From Craspedostauros australis (Eukaryota), in assembly GCA_030167865.1 (NCBI GenBank), contig JALAGF010005391.1:1-37544 (forward strand): a stretch of 37,544 nt of DNA, given 5' to 3'. Shown here one piece after another: positions 33,901 through 37,544 of the stretch. The notes under the pieces were generated by a model. The model ran no database searches, was not told the DNA's origin, and saw only the letters and a program-made list of their open reading frames with translations. A program made the translations under genes and the position numbers. Each line of letters begins with the position of its first letter. The stretch's first letter is position 1.

Positions 33901-36900
33901 GGTCACTCTTGTTCTTGAGAAAGAAACTCCAGCAGTGATCCATGCAGTCGTCCACGATCAGGGTCCAGTAGCGTTTATCTCCGAAGCTTATGTGTTTAGT
34001 GTAACTAATGTCAATGAAGAGACGTTCGCCGTGGCGAGTTGCTCTTGGAATCGTTGCCTTCGGGATGTTCTTCACTCTTGCGTTTGCGACTGCGCAGTCG
34101 CGACATACCGGCATCTCGCCAATGATCTTCCATCCATATTGAGCGGCCGTCCGCTTCATCGTCTCGAGTGGCGCATGGCCAAGCATTCGGTGCAGGTTCA
34201 CCGCGCTGATCTCCTTGGCTGGGTTCTTGATGATGGCTGTGGAAGCCTTGTCGTCATCCGCTGGCATGATGGGATGCATCTGCACTCCTGTGATGAATCC
34301 GTTGGAGGTGGGAAGATCCAATCGAAGATGATCTTCTTCCCTGCTCTGTTGATGATGTCCATCAGAATGCCGTTGTTACCAAGCTGGTAACCATTGTACA
34401 GAGCCTTGTTTGTTGAGAAAAGGTTCACCGTCATCTTGGGTGTGTACTTCACATCATCGAGCCAGATGGTGTGGCCAGTGTTGTCTCGTTGCTTGATCTG
34501 CAGTTTGATGGAGCCAATCTTGGGAGAGTCCAGCTTCATGCTGTCTCCCACTTGGACGAAGGACTTGATGTGCCGCACGTTGAAGAGAGCGGCGTCCGAA
34601 TTGATGATGTGACACGAAGCTCCGCTGTCGGCGAGCCAGGTGTCCTTGTTGACCTTGTCTTTGTATTTAGTGCTCAGCTCGTGGAGCTGTTCCATGGCAG
34701 CCGCTGCCATGTCGTCTTTGTAGTCATTGTTGTTGGGATTGTTGTTCCCATTGTCCATTCTGTGGTAGGTCACGCCGTCGTAGTACGGTTCTGCGGGCAC
34801 AACTGGGGTCGTGCTGTCTCGATGAAGTCCAGTCACCGGATCGTATGGCATGACGCGTGGTCGCTCGCGCAGGAGCACGTGCATGCATCCTCCCAGGATG
34901 TAGTGCAACGCCATGTCGGGAATTGGATCGTTGTTGTATTCCCCCAACAATTGGTTGATGACCGATCCATTGGCGAGAATCTCTTTGATGGACCAGAAGT
35001 TGTCGCACAGCGTGGTTGCTGTCGTGCACACCCACAGGTGTCGCTCTCCTGCGTCGTCATCGTCTGAGTACAAACGCATGCCTGCCGTCATTACAGTGTT
35101 GTGGATGAGCTGTCGTTGCATGATCTCCACAGTTGCCGTTAGTCGTGGAATCGCATCGTTTCTGAAGTTGATGCCCTGTCTGGTGAATTCCACGATCGGC
35201 GCGAATGCGATGTCGTATGGATAGACGACCTCTTCATTTGGATTGAATCGATCTTCTTCTACCGATCCATTGCTGCGATCTTCGTTGAAGATACCCGTTC
35301 TGTTGTTCCCCGCTGCTGGAGGAGGCGGCGCCTTGCCGCCATTCATCTCGTCTCCGGAGACGCCGTGGTTGTCTTGATCTGCGCCGTTCTCGTTGGTGTT
35401 GGCATCTTCTTCACTCATGGCCTCTTCGATGTCGCTATTGATGGCCTCATTGTCCATCTCAGCTCCATCGCCGTATGGACCAATCAGGTCGTTTGCGTTG
35501 AAGCAGCACTTGTAACTTACTTCGCGTCTTGGATCCACCTCGTGGATGATGGGCTCCTCGCTGAGCCACTCTGGGACGATCTCATCGTCCTCCACTTCGT
35601 CGTCACTCCCAACGTACTCGAAGTTATCGAAGAAGGAGTCTTCCATGTAGTCATCGGACACCAACATGCAGAGCGGCATGTCCTTTGCTGAGAGTACCAT
35701 CTCGTGTCCGCTCTTGTCATGTCCTTCCGTTGCTGTGTTGGCCTGCTTGTCGGCCTTCTTCTTCTCGTTGAACTTCTTCTTTCGGCACTCCGCCTTGCAG
35801 TGTCCAAAGATGCCGCAGTAGTTGCACTTGCCCTTGAAGCTGCCTCCCTTGTTGCGGTTGTTGTTACGCTTTCCAATCATTTTGTTGTTGTTTGATTTCT
35901 TGTTGTTCGATTTCCTACGCTCAGGGCAATCCGCAGATCTATGACCATACACACCACAGTTGTGACAGGTACCCTTGAAGTTACGGTGCTTGTGAAGCCG
36001 GTGTCGTTGCTCTTCGTATTGTTGTCTTGGAAATCGTCGATGTACACCTTTCCTCCTTGATGAGTGGCGTGTGCTGTGCGGAGTACTCCTCTGATCGCGT
36101 TGATGGTGACTACATCTGGGTTGAACGTGAGTTGGTGATGAAAGTTCATGACGTGAGTTTTGTATTCGCTGCTCATCGTGCTGAGGATCTGCATGATCAT
36201 TTCCTCGTTGGTGATCGTGTATCCAACATTGTGGAGACGCGAGCGTAAGAGCTCGAGTCGCGTGATGCAGACATTGGGGTCCGTGTCTCTCTTCATCCTT
36301 TTGTTGTTGAATTGACGCTTGAGTTTGATCTTTGTGGCTGCATCAGATGGCCGGAACTTTTCCGCAAGAACGTTCCACACTGCGTGTGGATTCCCCTCAG
36401 GGTAATCGGCGGAGATGCACTGATTGATGTATTGGATAGCCTGCTTGCCTTTTCCCTTCTCTGCATCCATCATGAGGATCAGATTGCTGAAGCAGTGAGC
36501 TGCCAGCTTGTGGGTCTCCTCCATTTCTTCCTTGTCTTCTCCCGTGGCGGCTCCGATCTCACTCATTGTTGGGATCTTCGTCTTGCCCAACATCACATCT
36601 CTTGTCTTCTGCATACATGCGTACACCTTTGCCTGGGACTCCCATGCATTATAGTCTTCTTGGTCACCGCTGAACACTGGCGCCTTGATGTGTCGCTTGT
36701 TCATGTTGGCTGATGTTGCCATGTTGCTTCGTTGTTTCATTGATGTTGCGCGCACGCTCGTGATTTCCATTTGTTTCTGTGTGGTCACTTTTTCGATTTT
36801 TGCTCGTGTTAGCGCGGAGATGTTTTTTGTCACAGATTCTCCTCTCCGTGTCGTCTTATTTGTTCCACTCTGCTTGGCCATGCGAATGCTCTTCGTCACA

Positions 36901-37127
36901 CCTGTCTCGTCTTCCTTGATGCCTGTGGAAATGCTCTTCTGCATGCAATATTGTTGCATGAACTGTTCCTCTTCGATCTCGTCGATTGCGCTTCCTTCTA
37001 TGCTAGAGAGGACAGTGGGCGCGCCCTCTTCCTTCTGTGGTTGAGGTGGAGTCTCACTTGCACATTCTTCTTGCTTGATAGTTGGATTGGACAGAGGGAT
37101 GTCTTTCAATTCCTCTTCCTTGCTCAT
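30963..37127 (-). pseudogene. Copia gag-pol polyprotein, disrupted
   Basis: Gag FSGDQEDYNAW; knuckles CHNCGVYGHRSADC and CNYCGIFGHCKAEC; protease WLADSGASCH; integrase LHRMLGH..CRDC, LFIDI, TPQQNDRVERK; RT ARLVACGYSQ, DVVTAFLHG, IYGLVQSARQW, YVDG; RNase H SSSEAEY, VDN, RHIDVRHH, SDGFTK. Frameshifts near 35985, 34320, 33465, 32011 and 31715. In-frame stops at 33327, 32499, 32382 and 31599. Confidence 0.92.
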
Positions 37128-37208
37128 TCAGCCTACTGCTCTTGAATGATGTTGTCTTCCTCGCACGATCCGATCCGTGGGCTCGCCCTGATCTAACGTT
37201 TATATTCG

Positions 37209-37544
37209 TGTTGGCAAGTTTCGCAAACGGATACCTTGCGATCGTGGAAGATGGTGTTGGTTGATAGTCGTTCGTTTGCTATTTCATTACTTGGCTACTC
37301 CGATCCTCTCAGTGTCTGTTCTCTTGCCTGATGCTCTCGGCGCATCTGTTTGATGGTCCGACTATGAGTTGGTATGCGAGCTACTCTCTTGCTCTAGCTC
37401 ATGTTCTCTCTCTCTCTCTCTCTGTATTGCATGTTCACACCATGCGATATTCCATATTTGATGTTGGCAAGTTCCGCGCACGGTAACCTACGATCGTGGA
37501 AGATGGTGTTGGTTGATAGTCGTCTGTTTGCTATTTCATTACTT
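37209..37544 (-). repeat. 5' LTR end of the copia element, with a second LTR-end copy starting at 37462
   Basis: tgttggcaag occurs at 37209 and 37462. 37241-37292 and 37493-37544 differ at only 2 of 52 positions. A (CT)n tract lies at about 37406-37423. Confidence 0.75.

Larger units (their letters stand above)
30162..37544 (-). mobile_element. Ty1/copia LTR retrotransposon, decayed; the 5' LTR runs off the window
   Basis: Domain order gag - zinc knuckles - protease - integrase - RT - RNase H on the minus strand, followed by a PPT and a TG...CA LTR. LTR-homologous sequence lies upstream of gag from 37209. Confidence 0.93.

Noticed and set aside
35975..35995. Programmed ribosomal frameshift between gag and pol
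   Set aside because: There is no slippery heptamer, the shift lies before the zinc knuckles, and four other frameshifts show general decay.

Overview
Eukaryotic nuclear DNA from a draft assembly with several N gaps. It is most likely a diatom or other ochrophyte, inferred from GT-AG introns, dense GC3-rich genes and signal-peptide/bipartite-type presequences. The window has three zones. (1) 1-8.6 kb is transposon and repeat terrain: a frameshifted DDD/E transposase (Sola3-like, tentative), a gap-flanking duplication, and a non-autonomous TIR element with TGTCGGGAA subterminal arrays. (2) 8.76-29.1 kb is a compact island of ten genes: RsmE methyltransferase, a GT31-like glycosyltransferase, TPT1, EIF1AD, an ANTH/ENTH-like protein with a signal peptide, AK6/Fap7, NAA15, a LYR protein, a CTL/SLC44 transporter and DPH5. 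I resolved seven introns by hand. (3) 30.16 kb to the end is a decayed minus-strand Ty1/copia element with a PPT, a 781-bp 3' LTR, a strongly diverged and duplicated 5' LTR end, and an unexplained extra region between the zinc knuckles and the protease. The most interesting observations are the signal-peptide-bearing ANTH-like protein (a possible periplastid vesicle adaptor), the concentration of six translation/ribosome-maturation genes in about 20 kb, and the odd architecture of the copia element. All family assignments come from motif recognition by eye; no searches were run.
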